Shown piece by piece: positions 1 through 13,600 of a stretch of DNA of 64,000 nucleotides. The notes beneath the pieces are model-generated. The model ran no database searches and was not told where the DNA came from. It saw only the letters and a list, made by a program, of their open reading frames with translations. The DNA comes from Phallusia mammillata (taxonomy: Eukaryota): the NCBI GenBank assembly GCA_965637545.1, contig OZ281496.1, positions 27,156,001 through 27,220,000 on the forward strand, written 5' to 3'. Position 1 is the stretch's first letter. Each line of letters begins with the position of its first letter. The translations under genes were made by a program, and so were the position numbers.

Positions 1-3000
1 GTCCTGCAAAATAAAGGAGTAGAGTATGTACATTCTGTAGTGGCCCGATACCCAGATATTGATAGGCCAGTTCCTAGATCACAAGGTCTTGATGTTGCTC
101 CAAGGTATGTATATATTGTGTTTTGCTGTTCAAAGATGTTTCTATTATCATTTTTCGGACTTAGAGCTACGGTAAATCCTCCTGTTCAAACACAAGAGGT
201 TAGACAGCCAAGCAGAAGTGTTTTAGAAGAAGCTATGGATTCTGAAGTTGCCTCGGCCATTGTTGGTAAGGTTTTATGCTCTTATGTGGTTAAGCAACAT
301 TTTATTGCATAAGTTTGGTTTTTTAAATTAACGATTTTTAGGAATGCATGGAAGAAAGTTGTAAAACATTAAACAATGTTTTTGAAACTAAAGTGTTATT
401 GTGTGAAGGTGGTAGTTAAAAGTCACTTTATTCATTAAGAAAAAAAGATGGTCATTATCACAACATACTACCTGTAATAATAGGGGAGTTTCCCATTGGG
501 AAATTTCTGTGAGGTCAAGTAAGAAAAAAAAAAGTTTGAGGAATTGTTACTTCGTTTAGGATGATTGATTATGATCACAGTAAATTCGTAGAAAAGAGTT
601 GTTTTTGTCGTCGGTATTGCGCCTTTATAAAAACAAGAAAGGGGTACTCGTGACGTGATTTTAGTTTCATTGAGAGGGTATACTGAAACCCGATCTGCGT
701 AAAGTACTTTGAACTGCACCTCATTTGTCATGCTCTGTGGGGCAACACGTTTCGGAAAACAAATCTGATTTTTTTCGATTGTTTGTCCTGACACAAAAGT
801 AAAGGTCACAAACCCTTTGCGACTTCCCTTACACCGCTTACAGCTAAGGTTTTTGGCATAGCAAAGTTCTATACATGTAGTTTCACTTGCTTTTAACGAA
901 ACCACGCATGGTCTGATGCATCATGAGATAAAAATTTCACATAGTTGCGAAAGTTGCGCTTTGATCGATGATCTGTGAAGTATGTTTGAAATCTTTAAAA
1001 AATTACCAGTCAAGAATTGTTTGGCGTGGTGACTCATGACCAAAAAAGTTCGAAACACGTGGGTGTTGTGGGTGAACCACGTTATTCTTTTTTCTATGCC
1101 TTTTCTTAAAATTGGGCGTAAAATTACATGTAAAGGTTACGTACATAAATACATAATTCTTACCTTGACGCACGAAACATCACTTTTATGGTTTTAAACA
1201 CACACCCTGAATTGGCCAAAAATTTTAGCAACAGTTCTGAGGAATTCTTACAGCCAACACACTCAATTGACATGGTATCAAAGTTGTTTACCCCAGGGTA
1301 TTTCCCCGGGTGTCCCTTCTGTCGCAATCTTGATTTTAAGAGGTCCAACAAAGCGGTCGTATGGGTGATTTACAACTGAATTGTATTTGCTTTGCCAACA
1401 AAGACTTTTAGTTAAGGTCATTGAAAAGAATTTGGCAATGTATGCTTTTTTTGTATTGCACCACAGACGGAAACGTTCCCCCTTTTTCACACGAACACGC
1501 GAAGTGGCAATTGTATTTTGATTTTCTATACGAGAAGTTGATAGAATTATTTTAACACTTGAATGCCGAAAATGCTTTAGCTTTCACACTCCATTGTTCA
1601 GACCAGGAATTTCAATTTGCTTTTGCCGTCTATTGTTATTGGATTTCCAGGAACCAATAACCGTCATAACATTCCGGTTTCGCTTTAAATATAAAACCTC
1701 GTAGTATAAATTCCGCTTTCGTTTTGCCATACAAGGAAACCACATGGAACCAACTCAATAATGCTATCTGGAAAACAGTTCTTTGAATTATCGCCATATG
1801 TTCAAACCATATTGTTATTTGACGTCCTTATAATGCCCGATCGTTAAACCTTGCGGATAAATCTAGAGTAGTGGTTTTTAACCTTGTCCTTGCTGCACCC
1901 CTTTCAAATCCCCCCCCCCCCCCCCCCCCTGAGTTGCGTTATTTTACCAGGCTTAAGGCATGTTATCAATATTTAACACCCCTTTGGGGTAGTGGCTGGA
2001 GTAGTAGCCATGCTTTGCTTTTTGGCTTTTCTTTGCAGATGAAAATGATATGGTAATTTAATGTTTTCAGAAAAAATGTTTCCGACAACGGTTAATTGAG
2101 CAAAAAAATGTGTCGGCACCAACTTTCCTAGGAACTCAAAAAATGCGTATTAATTTTGTCGTTTACAAGAATCCATGTCGCTGTTTTATAGCCCTGTAAA
2201 GGGTAAACTGTTAACCGAGTTGGTAGAAACATTCGTTTTTGGATTGTAAAAATCCGAATCGGACTCCCAATTCCCACTCCTTGCATTAAAGAGTTTGCCT
2301 TCGTCCGAAACCTACGACTCTGACTCTACAACCTTGCACCTAACATAAATCGCAATACAAACCTCTGCATATATCATCGATTAAAATCAAATGGTGATTT
2401 GACAGGCATGGGATTTGATGTCGATGTTGTTCGACAAGTGATGCAGATCCGCATTGATCAACAAGGGGATCCGTACACAAGTGCAGCTGAACTGTTGGAT
2501 GCTGTTGTCAGCCACGAACAGACGTAAGTTATGCGCATTTTGTCCGGTCCAATGTCTTGTATCTATTGTCCGGTCTAGAATTTAAATAAGTCCGATCCAA
2601 AGTTTAGAATCTAGATGAGTACGGTTCAATCTCTAGAATATCGAGTCCGGTCTGATGACTAGAATCTAGGTAAGTCTGTTCTAATCTCTAGAATAGGGTC
2701 CGGTCCAATGTCTAGACTAGAGCCGGGTCCGATGTCTAGAATAGGGTCCAGTCCAGTCTCTAGAATAGGGTCCGGTCCAATGTCTAGTTCCTAGATGAGT
2801 CCGGGAGTACTTGAATGACATTGAGAAATACGGTTTTGTTTTGTTTTTCTTTAGTTATGGCAGTAGAGTATTTACTTACCTGTATGGGGCGCTCTGAAAA
2901 ACTTTCTGCAGGTACTAATAGTCCTAAACACCCACAAGGATGACTAAGCCGTTTTTCCGGGTCAGCGTGACTTGCTTTGCACACTTAAATGTCTTTCAAT

Positions 3001-6000
3001 TCAAACAAATGACGATTCAAATGTGACGTAGGTGTAAAGTTAAACTGGTTTTTTGCTTGGTCATCGTTAGGATATTTTTTTTGTTCCACATCATTTTGGA
3101 GTTACAACACCTTCGAGTCATTTTCATTTCGTGTGTTTGGCAACTGTTAAACATTCGACCTTTGCATCGTTGAACAGGCATGTAGCTAGCCGCAACGGAA
3201 AGGCGCCAAGTGAAATAGCTTGTAAGTGCAAATATGCTGACACCGGCAAATCGTCAACTCAGCAAAGCGTTTCAGTTCGATGCTGCGGTATTTCATCTTG
3301 ACTTTGCCCTATTTTGGTCGTTAAACCCATTTAGGGTTGCTCCTGTGCTTTGTGTATATAATAAGGGTAGACTTAACATCTAATGTATAGGCAAGTTTAA
3401 TATGGCGGTATGTGTTTGTGTAAATGATTTTACCCACAAGTCTAACTTTGACAGGCTTTGGTTATAACAAAAAAACTAAGAAAACATTGTTGGTGTGCGG
3501 GATTGGTGTGTTCAAGAAAAAAAAAGGATTTTGTGCAATTTCTATCTTAAGCGAATGTAAGAACTGAGTGGGCCAAAGTATGTCATAAAATCGTTGGCTA
3601 CACTGTACTGAAAAACATGTTGGGGGTCATCAAAACGCAAACATGAAAGGGAAATTACTCAATAAGCAATAAATGTCGTCATTTTTAAGGCAAATAGCAA
3701 TAAAGTGAGTCACATGGGTGTTCGCTAGCAATTCGTTGTAAACAACTTTTGCGCTGCTACGTACAGGATGTTCGCTGTAAGGATTACGCCTTGCAATGCA
3801 AACAAAATGTATGTACTTAAGTTGTAATCCTTTGTTCAAACACCGAAATTAAACTTTAGCTGAGGGCTGTTATACCGAGACTACAAAATATGTTATAGGA
3901 TCTTTAGACTTTGCAATATAGGTTCACTATCACGTTGCATTGACATTCACAATAACACGCCAAACTAGCAACGCAGTATACCAGTATGTTGCCTGGATAC
4001 GAAGTACTCCTAATAGTAAAACCGCGGTTTTCCGTTAATCATTAATCTTTCGAGGTGTTAAGAAAAATGTGGAAAAGAATAGCGATTAATACTTGCGTTG
4101 AATACTTGTGCTATAGCGATTAGTTCTGAGAGTTTTGTTTGTCAAAGTGATGTTTAGGGGGCAAATCGGGTAAACATACGAACACCAAAATTATACAGGC
4201 CATTAGATTGATAAGGAAACCAACAAGACCTTTGCTACACCGTTCGTTCGTTATATACCACACTGACATTACTAACCAACCTTTGCCATGTATTTAAATT
4301 AATGAACATTGTACCGTATGTATAGTCACGCCACACGGACTTTGCGCTTAGTAGGCACATTTCATGCCGGAAAATCTGCTTATTGTACAGTAAATGGTTT
4401 TGTGCAACTTTTCTATGATGAATTAATTCATTTCTCGCCTTAATGCATCATCATAATCAGTCTTATGTGGGTTTGCTATCCAAAGCCTCTTATACATGTC
4501 TAAATCGGATTTCAATAAAATTGCTGCAGGGTATTTAAATCGCATTTTACAAATCGTTTTTTTGTGACTAAATCTTCCCGTGACACTAACATCACATTTC
4601 AAGTGAGTGTCATGTGATGAATTACGATAAAATTCCTAAACGTCTATCATACTCCTGATAAGTTGACAGGCAACTGATAGGTTGTTGTATTTTCCTTAAG
4701 TTGGCTTCAAACGACTTCACATTCTTATTGTAGTCATTGTTATCTGACGTTTTAGGCCAGGCGTCCTGACCTCTTCAACAAGGCGAAACCCCAAAATCAC
4801 CCCTGTAACATTTTACCAAAATAACTTACTGCCGAATACCAACCGTAGAAGCACTTGAAACAATTACTTCACATACCGTTTTTTTTTGCACAATAAGATG
4901 TCCCACGATAGAACTGCACCTTTTGGGCACTGCAGTTCGCTTATTTCATCATAGAAGTCATTTAGCCGGAACAAGGGCATCTAAATATTGCAAGTCTATG
5001 CAAAAAAAACTAAAACTTTCGTCAGACTTGGGGTTCATTTTAAATCATTAAGATTACAATAAACCCAGCAGTTCTGGAACAATACATTTAAATGCCAAAT
5101 TATGCATGAAAGTTTAATATATTCCACTTATCATTAAAAACTTGAACATTTCTGTCTGTATGGATTACAGCTGGTGTTTTGAGCAATTGTTCTTTAAAAT
5201 TGACGACTGAAATGCAAAAAAAAAAATATCAGGAAAACGGCGATTGCAAACATTAAATCAATCAGCAACTAAATAATCTTGTTTCGCGTTCAGGAGCCAA
5301 AATGAAGAGGAGAGACGGCCTGCGGAATCTGCACCTGCGCCATCAACTGCATCCAGATCAACCTCCCTGCAATTTCCAACGGAGGACTTCCAGCAGCAGG
5401 AGGAAGACATTTATCAGAGCTCAATGGAGCAAATTCAAGAGGAAGGGAGGGATGTTCCTGAATCAATGCCGTCTGCTTCTTCTTTTCATTCTGTGGACAT
5501 TGTTAGCGGATCACATGAAAATCAGGTAGATACTTATCCCTTTACTAGAGATAAAGATAAAACTGGAATCAGCTCTGAAGTGTTCATGCAGACCAACGAT
5601 CACGGCGCACTTACATAGAGATCTTATAGTACGCCAGGCCTATTGAAGGCGTAATACTGAATCTTAGGTCACCAAAGCATACTCATATATCAAGACATAG
5701 CTACAAACATTTAGTCTGCGGTGGGATTCGAACCCACGACCGGGGACTTTCCGGTTCCCGTTACAATGTCAAGTCAGGCCTAACCAAGCTTGTTTGTTAA
5801 ACATAACCTGTGACCAAACCCGGTCCGACTTGCTAGTCACACCACACGGCGATAAGATAAGGTGAGTCACTGTAAGCACTAGTCCCAAAGTTTTGTCTGT
5901 AGGTGGTTTTATCCTCGTTCGGAATAACTCATGAGAGGGTTTTTCCAAAATCCCAATTTTGCGCCATTTGTACACACTGGTGATCCTTGCGGACAAAAAA

Positions 6001-9000
6001 CTCAACAAACAAAAGCTATATGTGAAATGAGGAACTAAGCTTTAACTATGCAAGCTTTAGAAACCGAATGGTTTTGTTATGTCCCCCCTGTCTAGACCAC
6101 TCCATGGGCATATTGCATCATGTCCGAAAAAGGAACTTGCTAAAGTCATATTACAACATGTTCAAATTCCTATATGACAAGTATCGCATATCAGAAGAAG
6201 GAACTACAGCCAACAATTTAATTTCCGGGAATCATATATCCTAGCGAATTGATTCTGACAATCATTCCCTATTCCCGTAGAGATTTCCACCTCCTTTGCT
6301 GGCATCATAACGCTGCTATTATGGCAAAATATATTTGTCTTATTTAAGGAAGGAAACAGATTTTAACCTGTAAATAAATGCTTTCATACCTGTTGAGGTA
6401 TATATATATATCGTATCATAACAAAGATATGATTTATGTAATCATCTTACCTGATCAATGGTCAAAATAGCGACTCCCCAATTAGAAGCTGACATGGGTA
6501 GCGTTCAAGGCAGGCAATGGTGCTTGTGATTCGACTTTTGTCAGGTTCACCACTGAGCCTGCGCAGCTCAGGTCTTAGAGCGAGTCCCGGAAAGACTCCT
6601 GTCGTGGGTTCGAATCCCGCCACAGGCTAGATTTTTCTTGTATCTAAAGATATACCCTGTCATATGCTGGAAATGCTTTGAAGACTGGCTTGGCTCGGTA
6701 TAATGCCTTAAATGGGCCTGGCGTGCTATGATTATAACCAAGGTATGTTTTTTTTATGAAAGGAAAACCAGAACTTGGACATGGAAGAGGACGAGCATGT
6801 GGATGAAGCTACGCGTTTGCAACAGCGTTTAGAAGAGCTCACTTCAGAACGACTTTGCAAGGTACCGACATTTGTTGGTAAAATGCTTGATGGATTTGAA
6901 TAAAATTTTCACAAATAGTAGATATAGATGTGCCCATGTGGGACCACATAAAAATAATTATGACGAATATATTAACGTTTCAAAATAGGTGAAAGTATAT
7001 AAGCAATACCAAAATGTGCTGGTGAAAACAAACCAGTTCCGTCAGAGACAGGAAATTTGTTTTAGAGTGGGGTAAATTTCTGACCACCTTCACATAACCG
7101 TTCTCCAAACTTGGAATGATTCAGATTGTTTGGATATGCCTATTCGGGCTTGTCGGAGACAATACTGGTGTTTTTCTTTTGGGAGTTGAATGCCATTGAC
7201 ATTACATAATGTGTTGAAACCCATGTGTTTACATCGTGCAACTATTTCGGGAAAGTCATGTCACGTTGCGAAAATCATGAGCAAAAATTACCCTATGACA
7301 ACAACTTCTAATGGAATTAACTGTCTTGTCACTGGCTGAAATGTGTATTTAAGATGAAAAAATGTGCTTTCGTTTTAGATAACTAGATCTTAAAACCGGT
7401 GGTCCTCCACCTATTTAGGTTTGGGCGTTCATGTCGTTTTGGGATAGCATATTCGTCCGCACACTTATTACATGTGGTTAGAATAAGAGGTAAACACTTT
7501 TTGTTTTTGTATGTCATGAAAGGGTAACGGACTTACCAACAAACTATTTGCTTCGGTGAGCTTCATCGTCCCTAACATTACAGCATGTTTTAAAACCCAT
7601 GTATTTACATCGTGCAACTATTTCACAAATTCATGTCACGTTTCGAAAAATATCATCAATTACGTCATTGGAGCAGTTTTCAATAAAACTTTAACTCTAC
7701 ATAGGCTCAAAATTTTTATGGGAAATGATTTTTTTCAGATCCAAAGATCCTTACAATAAGCCAAAAATCAGTTGTTGTTTCCCCCTTGGGCCTAGCACTT
7801 TCAGGTTATAAATTACACCTTTGTAAAGCCTACCAATCGGGACTTATAGAGCATATTTACTTTGTGTCAATCTGATTGTACATGATGTAAAACATAGAAT
7901 TGCTACTGCTGTTGTAATTTTTCAGTCACCTTAGAGTTACGATAAATGGCATTTTATATTGGGACTTCCTGGCACGTACGTTACGCAATATTAGTGCAAT
8001 GTCCGCAGTTTTGCAACGAAATGCAGCGTTATTGTAGGAAACTCCCAAACAGATCATATTCTTGCAACAATAGCTCCCGCGGATATAAAGGAAATTGCCT
8101 ATTGAAATAAACTGCATGAGAAAAACATTTTTCAATTTGTTTTGCAACCAGTTTTCGGAAACTAAAGGGAGTATCATGTAAAAAAGGCCTTTGTATCAAA
8201 AGCTCTTTGACGATTTTTGCACAAGCATGGGTTACTGAGCGAATGAAACATCAACTTGCAAGTTGTTGAGTTTCCAAACCCAAATTGGACACAAGTACAG
8301 TAGTTCCCAACTTAATAAAGGTTACGGCCCATTGAAATAACTCAAAAAAAAACCGTGGCCCACTGATCACCTAAATATACATATAATTATTATAATTATA
8401 ATTATATAATTATGTGCATTACGATGTGAAAAAGTTGCTCACAATGGAAGATGGCTTTCCTAACACTATAGGTAGTTATTTGGGCAGCCTTGTGTGTTAA
8501 AGTTAGGTTTTGCTGTTGTGTGTTGGTGGGTGTCACTGAAACCCTAGTCTAGTGAACCCGTGTCTTTGTTACTATTATTTCGTAGCTTTTCCTAACTAAT
8601 TTGAAACCATTTTAATGCCACTTTAATAGACGCACGTTACTGGTGGACGTGCATGACTTCTGATATTTAGCCACAAGTCTCATCCAGTTTACCTTGGAGA
8701 TCATTTTTGTCCGGGTTAGAACCTCTTCCATGAGGTATCCTTATCAAACTACACGCAAACGTACCAGAATCTAACCTAGCTTCACCTCTGTGCAAATCAG
8801 CTGTTAAAGCGACAAAAAACGGGCAGTCTGCTCTCGTGGGTTCAAATCCCACCACAGACTAGTTTTCTGTAGCCAAGGTTTGAATGTTCGAAAGACCAAC
8901 CTTTTAGAGTACAACATCCGTTTATGCCTCACTTACTTTTGTGGTTTTTGAGGAGATTTTCTAGTTGTGCTGGCTTAAATGCTTAAGACGATGGTCGTAT

Positions 9001-9257
9001 ATTGAGAAAAGGCACTGGTCCGACTTGGCCTAAGTATTTAAGCGAAGGTCAACGTTGTATTAATGGAGACATTAGAACCCTGAATATTAATCTTTTTTAT
9101 ACATTTTTAGGTTTGTTTAGACCGCAGAGCTGACATGGTTTTTATACCATGTAATCATATATGCTGTTGCATGGAATGCACGAGAGCCCTTAGATTTTGT
9201 CCGGTATGCCGGGTGCGAATCGAGAAGGGAATTCGTACTTTTTCACGCAACTATTAG
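1..9257 (+). CDS. Inhibitor of apoptosis (IAP/BIRC, XIAP/cIAP-like), 5'-partial. Exons <1-104, 165-265, 2406-2523, 5294-5525, 6763-6861, 9111-9257
   Basis: GT-AG exons join in phase. They encode a BIR-tail-like VLQNKGVEYVHSV, a UBA-like GMGFDVDVVRQVMQ...YTSAAELLDAV, and a C-terminal RING: LEELTSERLCKVCLDRRADMVFIPCNHICCCMECTRALRFCPVCRVRI..TFSRNY*. Confidence 0.9.
1869..1929. mobile_element. Degenerate end of a hAT-type MITE followed by a 20-nt poly-C run
   Basis: TAGTGGTTTTTAACCTTGTCCTTGCTGCACCCCTTTCAAATC matches the reverse complement of the right end of the 53242-53458 element (CAGTGGTTCTTAACCTTTTTTCCTTGCTGCACCCCTTTCAAATC). No second end or TSD found. Confidence 0.6.
2541..2805. repeat. Degenerate minisatellite, unit about 24 bp (TCTAGAATAGGGTCCGGTCCAATG)
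   Basis: About 10 diverged copies of TCTAGAAT...GTCCGGTCC(A/G)ATG directly after an IAP exon. Confidence 0.8.
5561..5795 (-). mobile_element. tRNA-derived SINE, copy 1
   Basis: Minus strand has an A-box-like AGCTTGGTTAGG and B box GTCGTGGGTTCGAATCCCACCGCAGACTA. The body ..GCCTTCAATAGGCCTGGCGTACTAT is shared with copy 2 and the 3' tail is shared with 25233-25290. Confidence 0.75.
6553..6742 (+). mobile_element. tRNA-derived SINE, copy 2
   Basis: GCGCAGCTCAGGTCTTAGAGCG (A-box-like), CCGGAAAGACTCCTGTCGTGGGTTCGAATCCCGCCACAGGCTAG (B box), then ..GCCTTAAATGGGCCTGGCGTGCTAT. No cloverleaf, so not a tRNA gene. Confidence 0.75.
7199..7656. repeat. Pair of about 80-bp direct repeats (7199-7278 and 7575-7656)
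   Basis: ACATTACA..ATGT.TT.AAACCCATGT.TTTACATCGTGCAACTATTTC...CATGTCACGTT.CGAAAA occurs twice; the flanks are unrelated. Confidence 0.8.
8795..8880 (+). mobile_element. tRNA-derived SINE head, copy 3 (diverged)
   Basis: CTCGTGGGTTCAAATCCCACCACAGACTAG matches the B-box block of copies 1 and 2. Confidence 0.6.
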
Positions 9258-10621
9258 AACCGAGTAGCCCTGAAAATTTCGCAGGAGCGACTATTTAAAC
9301 GGATCTGCATTATGCAATAAGAATAGTACGAGATGTTGCCTGTTGGTTTGAGAAATTGCTTCTAGGAGCAACAAAGAATGAATCTAGATGGAAATTAAAG
9401 TTGAATGTACTTTGATTGACCAACTAAACGACACTTGTTGATCGTTTTTGCAAGTGTCAGTGGAGAATTGTAATGTTTTAAATTTGTATTTAGAAGCCTT
9501 GTGGTATACCATGTTATGCTGTTTATATACCTGCGTGCCATTTGTTTTCGTTTTTGTGGCGCTTTCTTGTTTCTTGACTGTGTTTCATTTTGTTTTGCGA
9601 AATTTTCTTTTTTGTTTGCCTTAGTTTTTTAGTTATCAATCCAAGTTAGTGGCTAACTCGCGGTATCCCATCTACATTACTTCATACCTCACTTCAAATA
9701 CTGTGTGACATGAAGTTCAACAACTTCTTAATTGCTGCTAATGGCATTTGTTGCAAATGTGTTCAGTTCTTACTTGTATATTCCTTTCTCTTCGCTTGTC
9801 ATATGTATACTGTAAACAAGATTTGACGTGGCTTTCAAAAACGCAAAAACACTGCAATAAGGCGAGGAATCTCTCCAAACCAGTAATTCTCAAACGCGGC
9901 TCTCAGGTTCGCATGTTGCTCCCAACTACTTATTTTGCGGCTCGCACTAGAACTCCACCGCCAAAGATTGCTATTTTCGTTTTCAAGGAATAATTTACAC
10001 TGGAAAAAAAAAACACAACAGAGATCTTTTTAGGTGTTTTTATTGTCGCACTAGTCATCAAATTGCCTATGAACATGACCAAAATGGAGAAAAAACAGAG
10101 GAAACGTACTTACCTTAGTGCACAAAAGCGTGCCTTCACTGAAACTAATAATAACAGCGAACGAAAATTATCACATCGCAAAGCAATGGAAACGAACAAA
10201 AGAGGTTAGCCACCAAAAAGATGGTTTTTACAAGAACACGACAAGATGCAACACATTTTTACAAAGACAACTTAGTCGTAGGTTTCAAAGCAATTGAAAA
10301 AAAAACGTATGTTCAATCATTACGGAATTTAGGTGATAAATTACACATGTACACAGCAAGACTACTAATGCGGGAAAAGAAGGTTATGTATTTTTTTTTT
10401 CGGAGTTTTGCGCAGTTTAACAAATACCACTGCTAATGTAGCAAAACACGGCGAATTGAGACACACATGAATAAATATACAGAGCTCGAACATTACTTGG
10501 CCACCCAAAATCCACGGTGGAATAAACAAATTGCGAATATATATATGAGGCAGTGCGCACACGCCAGGTTTCCGAATACACACAGAACAAAAATCACTTA
10601 CAAAGAGAAAGAGGACCTTAC

Positions 10622-13600
10622 CTACTGTACCGGTTTTCGGAGCAGAGGCGGTGGCGGGGACGAAAACTCGTTTTCGTTGTTACTATGGTAACCGAAGCCC
10701 GAAGAGGAGCGCTGCAACTTCAAGTCGTTGTCGCTTTGAGGCGAGAACAGACTAGGTGCGCGACCACTTGCAACCAGCCCATGCTTATGATTGTCCGATT
10801 TTTTCCAGTACTGTGAAGGTGGGGTGTCGCCTTTAATCTCACCAGGTTCTGGAGTAGAGTCCCTAGACACTATGGAACCCATTTGAGAGTTGCCGCCCAT
10901 GAAGGCTCCACTGTCGTGGTCGTCTTCAAAAATTTCATCAGGCACAGTGGATGGTACTGGTGCGTTTGGGTCAAACTCGGGTTTGTTGTGACCACTGGAC
11001 GCAACGTATGTGCCTTCGCCACCGTTTGATGCCTTCTTTAAAGTCACAGTAGGAATGCCCGATTTCTGCACCTTGGCAAAAGGTGAAAGATGATTAACGA
11101 TTGCAAGGAAAGATGATTTACAATCAAAACAAGTCCGATATATTTTTGTTTGATGTTATTTCTACTCTTTTGCTGCCATGTGTTTAAACAATAAATAAAG
11201 AATACTAACAAAGGTTTTTCTATTGGCCACAGAAGATATATGCCAAAGGATAGCATATTGTCTTTTTGTAATAACTTGATTCTAATCAAATAAGATAATA
11301 AAATAGGTATCCAGTAACACCGTTTGAAACTAAGAGAAATTCCTACCTTGGAAATAGCGGCAGACAGTGATTTCTGGAACACAGCTTCATCAATATGTTC
11401 AGCATTTTTCGATGACCTATTAAAAATCCAAAACTCACAAGTTAGCTTTTTACAAGACTGTGATTTACTTGAACTGGCAACTGACCTGGAATGATGTTTA
11501 CTATGATGCTGATGGTGTCGTTTGTGTTTATGGGAGCTACCACCGCTACTAGATCCATTGCCACTGGATCTATGATGTTTTTGATGGTCCTCAAGTCTAA
11601 AAAATGAAAGTTACATGTGTTTAGTGATTGGTCCGGGTGCTATTTTTTATCCCACGCTGAATAGATTAAAGTCCTAAAAACATACCATATCATTAGCAAC
11701 ACTATACACAGACTTTAAGAGTAATTTAATCATAAATATAACTACCAAAGAACTTGTTGTACATAGATGTATTTTTCTGCATCATGTAATCTACATACAC
11801 AAGTTAAAAAAATTGTGATGAAAAAACAGACACCTACTTGCGTGACTGTTTCGGAGCAGAATGTTCAGCAGGTTCATTTCCATGTCCGCGTTTACGAGGC
11901 CTGGCAGGTGAAGCTTCAGAACCCGAACCAGAACTGGATCCAATAATTTTTGCAACAGAGGTATTTAATCCAGGTTCACCAGCAGGTTGTGCAGGATTTG
12001 GAGGTAGCTTAATGCGCAATGTAAGGCCGCCACTAGGTGATGCTATAGGAGCTGTGGCATTCTCAACATGGGTTTTGGCTTTTTGTTGCTTTTCCAATGC
12101 CTTACGCTTTCTACGTTCCTCTTCATAATGCTGCATCTTGGCATACATTTGCTTCTCTTCATCGGTAAGAGCCATAGCTTGTGCTTTGTGTTTTAAGTAA
12201 CTTTTTAGTTTATCAGGATGTTTCTTATACATTTCTATTACTGTTTTTCGGTCATAGACCTTGAAATCCTTGGTTGGTCGCACTTGGTTACCACCTTCAT
12301 GATGGGCAGCCTTTTCACTATGGTGCCTTCGTGAGCCATCAGGCTTTGTAACATTTTGACTTCCACCGAGGGTGGGTTGTGTTGCCGATCGATGATGATG
12401 GCTTTGCTCTGCATGCATTTGCCGATTCTGCATAATCTTCTCACTGCGAATTCGACCCTCAAGGTCTTTGCTCACTGCTAGAATTTCAGCTGGATCATTC
12501 TGTTCATTTCCTGTTCCTGTTGGTTTCACAGCATCAGGTTTAACTCCTGGAATCTTCATCTTAGTGGCATCCCTTTGTCCAGGTGCCATCATATTTCTCT
12601 GCAATGCAGGATCTTTGAAAACTTGCTGCTTATGACCTTCAACCGATTGGTGGCTTTGAGATGACATTGGTGGATTAGGCCGCTGTTGCTGTTGGCGGTT
12701 TAAATCATTTCTTTGCTCCTGCTTTACTTGATGAGGACGAGACTGTGAATTAGGGTGAGGTAGATGATGTGCAGATGGCTTATTGTTATCACGGTGATGA
12801 GGGACTCTTCCATCAGCTTGCTGCTTTGATTGGACTGAAATAACGAAAACATTCATTTTATGTTTGACTATTATAATAGACATGCATGTTCTGCTTCTAA
12901 AAGCCTAAAAAAATTTATCATTGTGCTCACCAGGATTAGATTGAACAGGTTTAGTTTGTGTTGGATGGGAAGACTGTGGTGGTTGTTTCGAGGGCTGGCC
13001 TTTGTGTGTCCTTTTGTACTCCTCCAGTGACATAGTCGGCTTCTTCTCTCTGAATCAAGACGCAAATGTTATACTGTAGTACATCTTATTATATCTTGTT
13101 GAACTTTTTAACGAGGTAAAAACATGGTCCAGAAAAATTTAACATCTCTTGCAACTTAAAGTTTTATAGTCCTGTTTTATGGGCATTTTTGTAACAAGAT
13201 TAAAACACTTACTTTGAAGCAGCAGAGATCTGACTTGACTCCTGTTGGTTTTGAGGTTGTGCTGAAATAAAATTACAAACCATCAGTCATCTTTCATGTA
13301 CAAAAAAAGTAGGTGAGTCATTTATGGTGTTGCAGGGGTGAAATGGACAACAGACATTTTGTATCTGCCACCTTGGAATCTTGCACAATAATGTCAGCAT
13401 CAACACCAATAACTCATCAATGATAATGTGAAGAGTCAAGCTTGTTTAAATGCTTTCGACTGTCACTTGGTTTATATGAAATAACTGAATTACCAGTTTC
13501 ACGAGGTGGATTGCTTCTAGTGTCAGATTCTTTTATTTCATCTTTCTCACTACCTGAAGGTGCAGGCTGAAAAAACAAACAAACATTTTACAAATCTCAC

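Noticed and set aside
468-1490. Minus-strand ORFs (145, 63 and 70 aa) in the IAP intron as a nested gene or transposase
   Set aside because: No recognisable motif; I could not build a consistent exon chain, and candidate acceptors run into stops
5701-8880. GGTTCGAATCCC hits as functional tRNA genes
   Set aside because: No acceptor or anticodon stems; the copies share non-tRNA 3' bodies, which fits SINEs
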